A stretch of 55,246 nucleotides of DNA from Chloroflexota bacterium (GTDB taxonomy: Bacteria; Chloroflexota; Chloroflexia; QHBQ01): NCBI GenBank assembly GCA_043754535.1, contig JAYUUN010000023.1:1-55246 (forward strand), in the 5' to 3' direction. A program made the translations under genes and the position numbers. Under the pieces are notes generated by a model, which ran no database searches, was not told the DNA's origin, and saw nothing but the letters and a program-made list of their open reading frames with translations. Shown here piece by piece: positions 14,339-24,094 of the stretch. Position 1 is the stretch's first letter, and each line of letters opens with the position of its first letter.

Positions 14339-17089
14339 GTGGATAGCAGCGAGATCAGGCGTTCATTCCTAGAGTTCTTCCGCGAGCGGGGGCATCAAGT
14401 GGTGCCGTCGTCTTCGCTGGTGCCAGCCAACGACCCCACCCTGCTCTTTGCCAACTCTGGCATGGTGCAGTTCAAGGATATGTTCCTCGGTGTTGAGAAC
14501 CGGGGCTACAGCCGCGCCGCCACTGCTCAGAAGTGCGTGCGGGCTGGCGGCAAGCACAACGACCTGGAAAACGTCGGCCCCTCCCTGCGCCATCAGACCT
14601 TCTTCGAGATGCTCGGCAACTTCAGCTTCGGCGACTACTTTAAGCGCGAGTCGCTGACCTGGGGCTGGGAGTTGCTGACCCAGGTCTACAAGATCGACCC
14701 CACGCGCCTACGCCCGACCGTCTTCGAGGAGGACGACGAGGCGGTGGAGTTGTGGATGGAAATCAGTGGCCTGCCCCAGTCGCAGATCATCCGCCTGGGC
14801 AAGAAGACCAACTTCTGGGAGGTGGGCGACACCGGCCCATGTGGGCCAAACAGCGAAATCTTCTTCGACAAGTACCCAGAGCGCGGTCACGCCGACCCCT
14901 CTACCTGGGAGATCGAAGACGAGGATCGCTGGGTCGAGATTTGGAACCATGTCTTCACCCAGTTTGACCGCCAGAAGGATGGCAGCTATGTTCCGCTGCC
15001 GCGCAAGAATGTGGACACTGGCATGGGCCTGGAGCGGGTAGCGATGGTCTTGCAGGGAGTAGATAGCAACTACGAGACCGACTTGTTCGTACCCCTGCTA
15101 GAACACATCCGCGACCTGGCGGGCAGCAGCGCGGCAGACCTGGCGAGTAACCCTGTCCCCTACCGGGTGGTCGCCGACCACGCCCGCGCAATGACCTTCT
15201 TGATCGCCGACGGTGTGACCCCTGGTGGGGCAGAGCGCAGCTATGTGCTACGCAAAATCATGCGGCGGGCGATCCGTTTTGGCCGCCAGCTTGGTTTCGA
15301 CGGCCCCTTCCTGGGCAAGGTTGCCGACCAGGTGATCGAGATGATGGGCGGCCACTACCACGAGATCGTCACCAACCAGCGCGTGATCCAGAAGGTGATC
15401 CTCAGCGAGGAGACCCTCTATAAGCGCACCATCGAGTCTGCCTTCAGCCGCTTTGCGGAGGCGGCAGGCAGGCTGAAGGCGGCTGGCGAACACGCATTCC
15501 CTGGCAACGAAGCCTTCCGCCTCTATGGCACCTACGGCCTCAGCCTGGACTTGCTGGGCGAACTGGCTCGCGAACACGAGCTTGAGCTTGACGAACCCGG
15601 CTTCGAGCGAGCGTTGGCCCAGGATCGCACCCAGCGCAACGCCGCAGTCGTCACCGCTGACAAGAAGGTAAACTACGCCCAGCAATTCAACCTGCCAGCC
15701 ACCGAGTTCCTCGGCTACGAGACCCTGGAGAGCGAAGCAGTAGTGCAGGCGATCCTCAGGCATGGCGAAGTGCTAGCCTCTATAGTACCGACCACCACAG
15801 GCGAAACCCTTGCTTCTCCCTCTCCCCTCATTGGGGATGGTGGCGGGGGGCTGGCTGAACCCGACCTCAACACCCCGCCACACGAGCAGCCAGCCCTCTT
15901 GATCGAGTACGAAGTCGTCACCGACCGCACCCCCTTCTATGCCGAGCGTGGTGGGCAGGTGGGGGATCGTGGCTACCTCTATGGCGCAGACGGCACTACC
16001 TTCGTCGTGCTGGATACCCAGCGGCGGGGAGGGGATGTCTACGTTCATCGTGGCAGCCTCCTCAGCGGCAAGCTGGCGGTCGGCGACCACGTGCAGGCCA
16101 GCGTGCCAGAGCAGCGGCGGCGCGACGTGATGCGTAACCACAGCGCGACCCACCTGATCCACCAGGCGTTTCGTGATGTGCTTGGCCCACACCTATACCA
16201 ACGCGGCTCGCTGGTTGAGGCCGACTACCTGCGCTTCGACTTCAACCACTACGCGGCGGTCTTGCCAGAGGAACTGCGCGAGGTAGAGCGGCAGGTCAAC
16301 CAGCACATCCGCAGCAACCACCCGGTTACGGTCAAATATTGCACCTTCGAGGAGGCGATTGCCGACGGGGCGATTGCCTTGTTCAACGAGAAGTACGGCG
16401 CGACTGTGCGTGAGGTGCAGATGGAGAGCTATAGCCGCGAACTGTGCGGCGGCACCCACTGTGGGCATACCGGTGAGGTCGGCTTCCTCCGCATCATCAG
16501 CGAACAGAGCATTGGCAGCGGCCTGCGTCGGGTCGTGGCGGTCACCGGGCGAGGGGCCGAGGAGTACATCCAGGCTCAACTAGCGACCCTGGAGCAGGTG
16601 GCAAACAGCTTGCAGACCCGCCCGGAGCGGCTGCTGGCCCAGGCCGAGCAGATCGCGGCTCAGGTGCGGACGCAAGAGCGCAAGATTGGCGAACTGGAGC
16701 GCAAGCTGGCGACCAGCGGTGGCAGCGGCAGTGGGCTGCTAGATCAGGTGCAGGAAGTCAGCGGCATCAAAGTGTTGGCTGCCCGCGTCGAGGCCTCCAG
16801 TGATGATGCTTTGCGCGAACTGGGCGACTTTGCCCGCAGCAAGCTCGGCAGCGCAGTAATCGCCCTCGGCACCGTGCTGGACGGCAAGCCCCGGCTGCTG
16901 CTGATGGCAACCGATGACCTTGTAGGCCGTGGTATCCACGCTGGCAATATCGTCAAGGAGATCACGCCGCTGGTTGGCGGCAAGGGCGGCGGTCGCCCGC
17001 AGATGGCGATGGGTGGCGGCAGCGAGGCAGAGGGCCTGGATGCAGCCCTGCAACAGGTTGGCACAATCGTTGCTGCTCAACTGAAGTAG
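14339..17089 (+). CDS. alaS: Alanine--tRNA ligase
   Basis: DPTLLFANSGMVQFK, DTGMGLER, HxxxH (NHSATHL) and ELCGGTH editing motifs, C-terminal GGKGGG. GTG start after AGGAGGG. Confidence 0.98.
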   Translation: MDSSEIRRSFLEFFRERGHQVVPSSSLVPANDPTLLFANSGMVQFKDMFLGVENRGYSRAATAQKCVRAGGKHNDLENVGPSLRHQTFFEMLGNFSFGDYFKRESLTWGWELLTQVYKIDPTRLRPTVFEEDDEAVELWMEISGLPQSQIIRLGKKTNFWEVGDTGPCGPNSEIFFDKYPERGHADPSTWEIEDEDRWVEIWNHVFTQFDRQKDGSYVPLPRKNVDTGMGLERVAMVLQGVDSNYETDLFVPLLEHIRDLAGSSAADLASNPVPYRVVADHARAMTFLIADGVTPGGAERSYVLRKIMRRAIRFGRQLGFDGPFLGKVADQVIEMMGGHYHEIVTNQRVIQKVILSEETLYKRTIESAFSRFAEAAGRLKAAGEHAFPGNEAFRLYGTYGLSLDLLGELAREHELELDEPGFERALAQDRTQRNAAVVTADKKVNYAQQFNLPATEFLGYETLESEAVVQAILRHGEVLASIVPTTTGETLASPSPLIGDGGGGLAEPDLNTPPHEQPALLIEYEVVTDRTPFYAERGGQVGDRGYLYGADGTTFVVLDTQRRGGDVYVHRGSLLSGKLAVGDHVQASVPEQRRRDVMRNHSATHLIHQAFRDVLGPHLYQRGSLVEADYLRFDFNHYAAVLPEELREVERQVNQHIRSNHPVTVKYCTFEEAIADGAIALFNEKYGATVREVQMESYSRELCGGTHCGHTGEVGFLRIISEQSIGSGLRRVVAVTGRGAEEYIQAQLATLEQVANSLQTRPERLLAQAEQIAAQVRTQERKIGELERKLATSGGSGSGLLDQVQEVSGIKVLAARVEASSDDALRELGDFARSKLGSAVIALGTVLDGKPRLLLMATDDLVGRGIHAGNIVKEITPLVGGKGGGRPQMAMGGGSEAEGLDAALQQVGTIVAAQLK

Positions 17090-17156
17090 CAGGGGTGTAC
17101 ATAGTAGCGAGGCGGCAGCGGTTAGTAGTGGCAGATGACTGGAAGGGGTAGGTAGC

Positions 17157-19535
17157 ATGGCGCAGGAACAAGCAACCCTGATTGAGGCGAGCGCGAGCGA
17201 TACTATTGAGACGCTGGTCAAGCGCATCAGCGAGAGTGGAGCGCGCAATGTCACCCTGCGCCTGCCGCAGAGCGTCTCCGTCCTCACCAGCCTGCCCGAC
17301 TTCGAGCAGCTTCGCGTATTGGAGCGCAGCAGCGGAGTGCGCTTGAGCATCGCCCCCGACGCAAACGACAAGACGCGCAGCGGCCTCGCCAAAATCCTCG
17401 GCTTCAACGTACTGAAGGAGGCAGGCAGCACCAATAGCAATCGCCTGGCCGCCCTCACCGATGAGCCAGCCCCTGCCAGCCCACCGCCACCACGTAATAC
17501 CAGCGGCGCAATCCCCCGGCCTGCTGCCGCGCCCACCGCTGCGACTCCTCCTGCGCCTCCACCCATGCCCATTCTGAGCAAGGATGTTGACGTGCGCGAC
17601 GCGCCCTTCGCCGCTGACTTCGCCTTCACCCCACCCGCTGCGGCCCTCGCCAGCACCCCCGATCAGGCGATGGGTAGGACAGCAGTCCCCGCCGACATTG
17701 AGGAACTGAACGCGGCCTTTGGTGACCCCGACCTGGACATCCCTACCAGCCGCCAGAGCGCAGAGGCCGGTAGCCGCCCACGAGTGCTGGGCAGTACTGC
17801 CAGCCGCACTGTGGATCAGGCTCCGCGCAACTCGGCCCAGGAGCGCATTGCCCAGAAGCGCAAGCTGGGTGGGCGCACCCCCGAAGCGCAAGCGGCCACC
17901 GTACCAGTCAGCGTCCCCAGCCGCAAGCAGGAGGAGCAGGGTGCTGCCAACGGCAAGTCGGTGGCCGCTGCAACAATGGCTGCACCAACCAGCACGGGCC
18001 GCCTGCTACCCAGCCGCAACCCAGTGGTTCTTCGCCAGCAGCGGGCCAGTTCGCGGCGGCTGCTCTACACTAGCTTCATCCTCATCTTCCTCTGCTTGCT
18101 GGTTGGGGCGGTTGGATTGTGGTTCTTCAACCAGGGGCAGCCTGCCAGCGCAATCGTCACCCTCGTGCCGCGCAGCACTGTGGTCAGCCAGGCCATTACC
18201 GTACCAATCCAGGTCGCTATTCTCGGCCAACAGCCTACGGGCGGCCTCCTGCTTGCCCCCGCTGCCCAGGAAGTGCCAACCGCCACCTTGCCCAGCGACA
18301 TCCCCCCTGCCCAACCGACCATCGCCCCAGCTAGCGGTACCCCTGCGCCCCTCGCCAGCCCATCCGTGCCAGTCAATGACACCCCCCCTGCCAACCCTAG
18401 TGAGACTGTCACCCCCGTGCTAGCCGCCCCCATGCCAGCACCCGTGCTGCCAGTCAGCGTCGCCGCCGTACCAATCCAGGCGGCACCGCTAGAGGTGACG
18501 GTTAGCGCGTCTGGCACGGTGCAAACCACTGGCTTCCGTGACGAGCTACGCGGGAACGATGTTACCCGCCTGCAACTAACTAATACCAGCGGCCAGGGCG
18601 CAAGCATCCCCGCTGGTACACAGCTACAAACGGCCAATGGGGCGACCTTCAGCTTCGTCGCCGCCGTCTATGTACCAGGCACCAACTACGATACTCTCAC
18701 CTTTGGCACTGCGCTGGCCGACGTGCGCGCTGCTGCCCTGGGGCCGAGCGGGGTGAAGGCCTATGCGCTGGCTGGCTCAATCGGCGCGCTCCGCTACCGC
18801 AATATTACCAACGCAGCAGGCGGCAGCAGCGAGCGCATCGCCCAGGTTAGCCAGGGTGACTACGATAATCTGCTCAAGAGCTTGAGCGAGCAGGCCAACC
18901 GTGACGCACCCCTCGCCCTCAAGGCCCAGGTGCAGCCGGGCCAGCAGTTGTTGGAAGATACGATCACCGCTGACCCACCCGCCGCTACTGCCGACCACAA
19001 GCCGGGTGAAGACGCAACCAGCCTGACCCTGGCAGTAGCAGTACGCGCCCACGCCAACGCCTTCCGTCTCGACGAGGCCAAGCGCGCCGCCCAAGACGCT
19101 GCCACCCAGAGCCTCACCGCTGCTGCCTTCAGCCTCAACCAGGGCAGCCTGACCGTGCAGGATGGCGGCATGGCGGTGGAGCAGGATGCAGCAGGCAAAA
19201 AGCAGTACCTCTACCGCGCGGCAGCCCAGGCCAGCGTCACCTACCAGATCAGCCCCGATATGCAAACCGCAATCCTGCGGATCATGCAGGCGCAGAACGC
19301 CAAGGAGTTCAACCAGGCCGCCCTCAAGCAGCAAATCATGACCACCTATGCTGCCTACCTCAGCGACCTGCGCTTCAGCGTCACCCCAGGGCAGGGTGGC
19401 TTCAATCCTGACAACCGCCTCGACCAACAGGATCGCGTGCGCGTGCAGGTGGAGGGCCAGAGCGGAGCGGCAGCGGCTAGCCCGACCCCGCTCGCCCTGC
19501 CCGCCGCCGAAGCCAGTGCGACCCCGGCCCAGTAG
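17157..19535 (+). CDS. Membrane-anchored baseplate J/gp47-like domain protein
   Basis: Small N-terminal domain, Pro/Ala-rich linker and a single TM (FILIFLCLLVGAVGLWFF). C-terminal IPAGT...TF...DVRA...G...NITNAAGG pattern resembles baseplate J-like domains. Confidence 0.65.
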   Translation: MAQEQATLIEASASDTIETLVKRISESGARNVTLRLPQSVSVLTSLPDFEQLRVLERSSGVRLSIAPDANDKTRSGLAKILGFNVLKEAGSTNSNRLAALTDEPAPASPPPPRNTSGAIPRPAAAPTAATPPAPPPMPILSKDVDVRDAPFAADFAFTPPAAALASTPDQAMGRTAVPADIEELNAAFGDPDLDIPTSRQSAEAGSRPRVLGSTASRTVDQAPRNSAQERIAQKRKLGGRTPEAQAATVPVSVPSRKQEEQGAANGKSVAAATMAAPTSTGRLLPSRNPVVLRQQRASSRRLLYTSFILIFLCLLVGAVGLWFFNQGQPASAIVTLVPRSTVVSQAITVPIQVAILGQQPTGGLLLAPAAQEVPTATLPSDIPPAQPTIAPASGTPAPLASPSVPVNDTPPANPSETVTPVLAAPMPAPVLPVSVAAVPIQAAPLEVTVSASGTVQTTGFRDELRGNDVTRLQLTNTSGQGASIPAGTQLQTANGATFSFVAAVYVPGTNYDTLTFGTALADVRAAALGPSGVKAYALAGSIGALRYRNITNAAGGSSERIAQVSQGDYDNLLKSLSEQANRDAPLALKAQVQPGQQLLEDTITADPPAATADHKPGEDATSLTLAVAVRAHANAFRLDEAKRAAQDAATQSLTAAAFSLNQGSLTVQDGGMAVEQDAAGKKQYLYRAAAQASVTYQISPDMQTAILRIMQAQNAKEFNQAALKQQIMTTYAAYLSDLRFSVTPGQGGFNPDNRLDQQDRVRVQVEGQSGAAAASPTPLALPAAEASATPAQ

Positions 19536-19537
19536 CG

Positions 19538-19987
19538 ATGCGTGTCCTTTGTTTCGATCTCGGTAGCAAGCGGGTGGGGGTGGCGATCAGCGACGAGAAG
19601 GGCTGGTTGGCCCGCCCGCTGCTCACCTACCTGCGGATTGGCCCCCGCCAGGATGTGGATAACCTCGCCCGCCTCGCCCTCAAAGAAGATGTTGGCCTGA
19701 TCGTTCTCGGCCTACCCCTCAGCCTCAACGGGGACGAAGGGCCGGAGGCGTTGAAGGCAAAAGCCTTTGGTGCCACCCTAGCCGCCGCCACCGCCACCCC
19801 GATCACCTACTGGGACGAGCGGCTGACGACAGTGGAGGCCCACAACACGATGGAAGCCCTCGGCATTCCCATGCGCAAGCGCAAAGAGAAGATTGACCAG
19901 GTGGCCGCCGCTGTCATCCTCCAGGCCTACCTGGACAGCAATCCGCAGGAGGAACTACCCCCCTGGGCGCGCCGAAATATGTTATAA
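19538..19987 (+). CDS. ruvX: RuvX/YqgF (pre-16S rRNA nuclease)
   Basis: LCFDLGSKRVGVAISD, GLP, WDERLTT, IDQVAAAVILQAYLD. Confidence 0.95.
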   Translation: MRVLCFDLGSKRVGVAISDEKGWLARPLLTYLRIGPRQDVDNLARLALKEDVGLIVLGLPLSLNGDEGPEALKAKAFGATLAAATATPITYWDERLTTVEAHNTMEALGIPMRKRKEKIDQVAAAVILQAYLDSNPQEELPPWARRNML

Positions 19988-20021
19988 TTTGCACACAGCA
20001 GTCGGGAGGCGCGCTTTTTGC

Positions 20022-20621
20022 TTAGGATGAGAGCCTGCGGAGGGCGAACAACAGCGCGTCCTCAACCTTCGAAGGGGCTTCGTCGCCAGTAGGCAGGCCG
20101 ACTAGAGCTTGACGGGCCTCGGCTGGCGTGTAGCCCAGGGCTTGGAGAGCATCCAGGGTCTCGCTGTAGAGGGTGGGAACGGCAGCGGCACCGCTGGGGA
20201 TGTCGCCCAGGAAGGCCGCGATGTCCAGCTTGCCCTTCAGTTCGACAACCAGGCGCGCCGCCGTCTTCTTGCCAATGCCCGGTACGCGAGTGAGCAGGTC
20301 GGTGTCTCCTTCGGCGATTGCCTTCTGCAAGGTTTCGACCGGGGCGGCGGCGATGATACCGAGGGCAGCCTTCGGGCCGATCCCGCTTACGCCCAGCAGC
20401 GTTTCAAACATCTGCAACTGAGCGGTAGCGTTGAAGCCGTAGAGGGCGATCAAGTCCTGGCGCAGCAGCAGGTAGGTGTGCAGGCGGATTTCGTCGCCGA
20501 GGTTGCCAGCTTCGCTGATCACGCTGGTGGGGGTGAAGATACGCAGGCTGAAGCCACCAACGCCGACGATCAGATGGTCGGCCCCGCGCCCTTCGAGTTT
20601 GCCGCTGACGGCAGCGATCAT
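20022..20621 (-). CDS. ruvA: Holliday junction branch migration protein RuvA
   Basis: LYGF, VSGIGPKAALGI, VPGIGKKTAARLVVELK HhH motifs, ALQALGY C-terminus. Confidence 0.96.
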   Translation of the reverse strand: MIAAVSGKLEGRGADHLIVGVGGFSLRIFTPTSVISEAGNLGDEIRLHTYLLLRQDLIALYGFNATAQLQMFETLLGVSGIGPKAALGIIAAAPVETLQKAIAEGDTDLLTRVPGIGKKTAARLVVELKGKLDIAAFLGDIPSGAAAVPTLYSETLDALQALGYTPAEARQALVGLPTGDEAPSKVEDALLFALRRLSS

Positions 20622-20733
20622 GGTTAGCTCCTAAGTGGGTCTGGCTGGTGCTGTGGTTGTAGATGTAGAGACATATTGTTATTACGCTCTGTTGGAGCTT
20701 ATTCTAACACAAGCGTCAAAGAGGAGGTTAGTG

Positions 20734-21297
20734 ATGGCCGAGAACGAGGAACACGGCAATAGCACGCCGCAGTACGCGCAGCAGGGTGGCGCGAGCCTGG
20801 AGCAGCCGCAGGGTGTGGGCCGCGCCGTCAGCCGCCAGCCCGTCACCGCCGAGGGTAAGGAGTTCAAGCAGACCCTCCGCCCAGAGGGGGCTGTGCCAGT
20901 GGACGACCTGATCGCCGCCCAGCAACGCCAGCCCACCAGTTCGGCGGTCGAACTGAGCGGCGTACTCTACGCCGATGAAACGCCCACCCGCCGCATTGAC
21001 AGCCCAGCCGAGAGCGGTGCGCTGATCCCCTACAAGATCTACGGCCAGTCGCGCGACGCGAACGCGGTAACGACCTTCAGCGAGGAGCTTCGCAACCTGC
21101 CCAACGAGCAATATGGCACTGGCTACACCTTCGACCACCCCGGCAAGCCTGTCCATGACCACATCGTAGACCACCGTTCGCACGGCGGCCAGGGTCTTGC
21201 CGACGGCTCCCCCGGTGGGCGGCCCAGCCTCGGTCAGGACATCTACACCCGCGACGAACGCCGCCGCTACACCAGTGGCGACCCGCAGGAGCCGTAG
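20734..21297 (+). CDS. Hypothetical hydrophilic protein
   Basis: ATG after GAGGAGG; codon pattern fits the host; no recognised domain. Confidence 0.7.
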   Translation: MAENEEHGNSTPQYAQQGGASLEQPQGVGRAVSRQPVTAEGKEFKQTLRPEGAVPVDDLIAAQQRQPTSSAVELSGVLYADETPTRRIDSPAESGALIPYKIYGQSRDANAVTTFSEELRNLPNEQYGTGYTFDHPGKPVHDHIVDHRSHGGQGLADGSPGGRPSLGQDIYTRDERRRYTSGDPQEP

Positions 21298-21352
21298 GCC
21301 AGCGACGCATGGTGTCTGCAAAGGGGGAGTGTCCAGGCGGCACGCCCCCTCC

Positions 21353-22219
21353 TCATATCTTGAGGTTCACCCGTGGGCGGCGGAAGCGAAAGAGGGCAGC
21401 GTAGAGCGGGAAGTAGCCCCAGCGCAGCGAGATGAGCAGGGCGCGCGCGCTCAGCCTGGTGCGGGTGCGCGCCTTGAGCGTGGCTACTCGTTCGAGGTCG
21501 GCGACTGCCAACCCCTTGTCGCCCGCCAGGGCGTGGGCATAACCACGATTGTGGTAAGCGACCGCATACTCAGGCGCGGCGGCGATAGCCTTGCTCAGGC
21601 TGCTGACGGCAGCGGGGTAGTCACCCTTGAACAGGTAGACCGTGCCGATGGTCGCCAGCACATCGGCCCGCTTGGGGTAGCTGGCGGCATACAGTTCGTA
21701 GTCGCGGATCGCCGCGTCGTAGTTCCTCATCATCATGTGGACAAGGCCACGATTGACGTAAGCAGCGTTGAAGTCGGGTGCGAGTTCGAGAGCCTGGTCG
21801 CAGTCAGCAATCGCTTTGGCGTACTCCTTGAAGTGCAGGTAGACAGCAGCGCGATTCACGTAAGCACGCGCATAGGTGGGGTCAAGGGCAATAGCCCGTT
21901 TGAGGTCGTTGAGGGCCAAGCCGCGCCGGTTGAGCAGCAGTTGCGCCCCCCCACGTCCGTTGAGGTCGGCGGCGGTCTCTGCCGGTAGCTGGCTGGCCTG
22001 CACGCACTCGGCGATGGCGGTCTCCCGTTCCCCTAGCAAAAGGTAGACACGAGCGCGGGCGTAGTGCGCGGCTGGGCTGGCGGGCGCGAGGGCCACCGCT
22101 GTGTCCCAGACGGTCAACGCCTGCGCGTAGTCGCCCGCTTCGGTTAGTTCGCGCCCACGCTTCAGGTAAGGCGCAATGTCAAACGCCTTCGCCTGCTCCT
22201 CTTTAGCTGGCTGCTCCAT
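21353..22219 (-). CDS. Tetratricopeptide repeat protein
   Basis: Repeated 34-aa units (AYVNRAAVY...AIADCDQALELAP, AYVNRG, AYHNRG). ATG 22219 after GGAGGAGGA. Confidence 0.9.
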   Translation of the reverse strand: MEQPAKEEQAKAFDIAPYLKRGRELTEAGDYAQALTVWDTAVALAPASPAAHYARARVYLLLGERETAIAECVQASQLPAETAADLNGRGGAQLLLNRRGLALNDLKRAIALDPTYARAYVNRAAVYLHFKEYAKAIADCDQALELAPDFNAAYVNRGLVHMMMRNYDAAIRDYELYAASYPKRADVLATIGTVYLFKGDYPAAVSSLSKAIAAAPEYAVAYHNRGYAHALAGDKGLAVADLERVATLKARTRTRLSARALLISLRWGYFPLYAALFRFRRPRVNLKI

Positions 22220-22321
22220 CTCGCTAATCCTCCTCCTCGTCGTGACTCGTAGCCAGAGGGCGCACCCAGGCTGGATGCACCCCCCAACTGTACCACTTTG
22301 TTCGCCGCCAGCCAAGCCCGC

Positions 22322-24013
22322 TTACTGCAACTGGAAGCTGCCGCTGGCGTTGCGCTGGCTGCTGCTACCGCTGGCCGATATGCGCCAGGTGCCAGGGGTG
22401 AGGTAGGTAAAGGTGTCAGAAGGCTTGAAGGAGAGGCGGATGCTGCCTGCCGCGTCTGCTAGGTAGCCACCCTGTCGGGCAAAGAGGTAGGTGCGGCCAT
22501 CAGGGTCGTTGGCGGTAAGCTGCAACTGCTCGCCAGGCTGGAAGCCGCTGATCGTCGCCACAAAGGTGGTGCTGGCGTTGCCGCTGCCAGGGTTGATCGT
22601 CACCGCTACTGGCACTGGCGTGGCGGTTGGTGGGGGCGGTGGGCCGGGGGTAGCAGTCGGCGGCACAGGGGCGCGGGTTGGTGGCACCGGTGGCGTACCA
22701 ACATAGAAGTAGGCAACCGACTCGTGTTCGCTGCCCGCACCCCTGTAGGTAACCGCCCACAGGCCGGGCTGGAAGCCGCTGCTGTCGATCACCTGACCTA
22801 GCAGCTTACCGCTAGCATCTGGCTTGATACCAGTCGGCTCACCAGGATTGGCGTAACCAGGTAGGGGTATGATGCGGTTGTCGGGGCTGGTCAGCCAGGC
22901 GAAGATCGCCTCATCCGCGCGGAAGTTGACCGCATCCACTGTAAACTTCGTGCCAGCCGGGCCGAGGATCGGTTGCAGCGATGCGTCCCTGCTGGCTGGG
23001 ATTACTACGCCAACCTGCCCAACGACCGTACCACCCACTGGGGGCAGAATCTGCGGGGTTAGCCCTGGATTGCCGCCCAGCCCTTGCAGGCCGGTGGGAT
23101 TGGGGAAGCCGCTGGTGTAGAGCCAGTTGTAGTAGTGGGTGCCAACGTTACCCATCTGCACGCGGAAGCCAGCAGGCAGGGTGGGGGCGTAAACGAGGGT
23201 GCGCCGCTGGAACACCTGGATCATCACGCTGGTAGACTGGCCCGCGATCTTCACGTTGGCCCAGTACGGTTCGCTGAGCGGGTAGCCCAGGACGAACACC
23301 CAGTTGATCACCGGTGCAGTCGTCACCGCCCCGTTCTGTACAATCGGCCCTCGCGAGTTCATGAAGTCCCAGAACGCTCGCGGGATGTTGTGGCCGAAGA
23401 TGTCGTTGTAGGCGATCACCTGCGTCTGTGCGTCAATATTGCGCGGCGGGTAAGGACTGACCGTGCCAGCTACGTTGATCTGCGACCCCACGTAGCCGTT
23501 GAGGACGGCGGGGCTACGCTTGTCGTTGAGGAACAAGGAGGTGACGCTGCGGAAGCTCGTGTAGGTCGGGGCGGTGGGGTCGCCAGGGTCGCCCGCGACG
23601 ATCTGCGTGCTGGGGGTGCGGGGCAGGTAGGCACTATCGCCCACTTGCTGGTTGCCGCTGATCATGTCCAGCACCAGCAGGCCGCCGCTGACGAAGTAGG
23701 GGTTGTTGCGGTCGCCAAAGGGGTTGTTGATCTCCATCCGCCCCTTCTCGAAATATTGTACCAGGCGGCTGCGGTCGGGAGCCTGGTCGTAGCGTTCGCG
23801 GCTGATGAAGCCAGGGGTTGGCCCCCAGAACCAGGTGCGCTTGACTGCCCCATTGGCAACCAACGAGTCGGTCACATTCCACAGCTTCTGGAAGGCCGAG
23901 TCGGCGAATGGCTCAGCACTAGCGGGGCGCAGGTTGAGGAACGCGCCAGAGGTAGCGACTACCACAGCGAGTACGAGGGAGAGGAAGAAAGCAGACCATT
24001 TTCGCTTGAGCAT
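22322..24013 (-). CDS. Secreted/cell-surface protein with QYFEKGRME-type repeat domain and Pro/Thr linker
   Basis: Signal peptide ending ASA-E; VQYFEKGRMEIN and LGYPLSEP motifs shared with the neighbouring protease C-terminus. Confidence 0.8.
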   Translation of the reverse strand: MLKRKWSAFFLSLVLAVVVATSGAFLNLRPASAEPFADSAFQKLWNVTDSLVANGAVKRTWFWGPTPGFISRERYDQAPDRSRLVQYFEKGRMEINNPFGDRNNPYFVSGGLLVLDMISGNQQVGDSAYLPRTPSTQIVAGDPGDPTAPTYTSFRSVTSLFLNDKRSPAVLNGYVGSQINVAGTVSPYPPRNIDAQTQVIAYNDIFGHNIPRAFWDFMNSRGPIVQNGAVTTAPVINWVFVLGYPLSEPYWANVKIAGQSTSVMIQVFQRRTLVYAPTLPAGFRVQMGNVGTHYYNWLYTSGFPNPTGLQGLGGNPGLTPQILPPVGGTVVGQVGVVIPASRDASLQPILGPAGTKFTVDAVNFRADEAIFAWLTSPDNRIIPLPGYANPGEPTGIKPDASGKLLGQVIDSSGFQPGLWAVTYRGAGSEHESVAYFYVGTPPVPPTRAPVPPTATPGPPPPPTATPVPVAVTINPGSGNASTTFVATISGFQPGEQLQLTANDPDGRTYLFARQGGYLADAAGSIRLSFKPSDTFTYLTPGTWRISASGSSSQRNASGSFQLQ

Positions 24014-24094
24014 ATGCACCTCCGCCCCAGTTTTTGGAGCAATTCTATGGCTGGGCGAGGAGGCAGCCGGGCTGCCTGCCCCACCCAATTGCGA

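Noticed and set aside
17157..19535. Prophage or contractile injection system
   Set aside because: No other structural phage, sheath, tube or integrase genes in the window.
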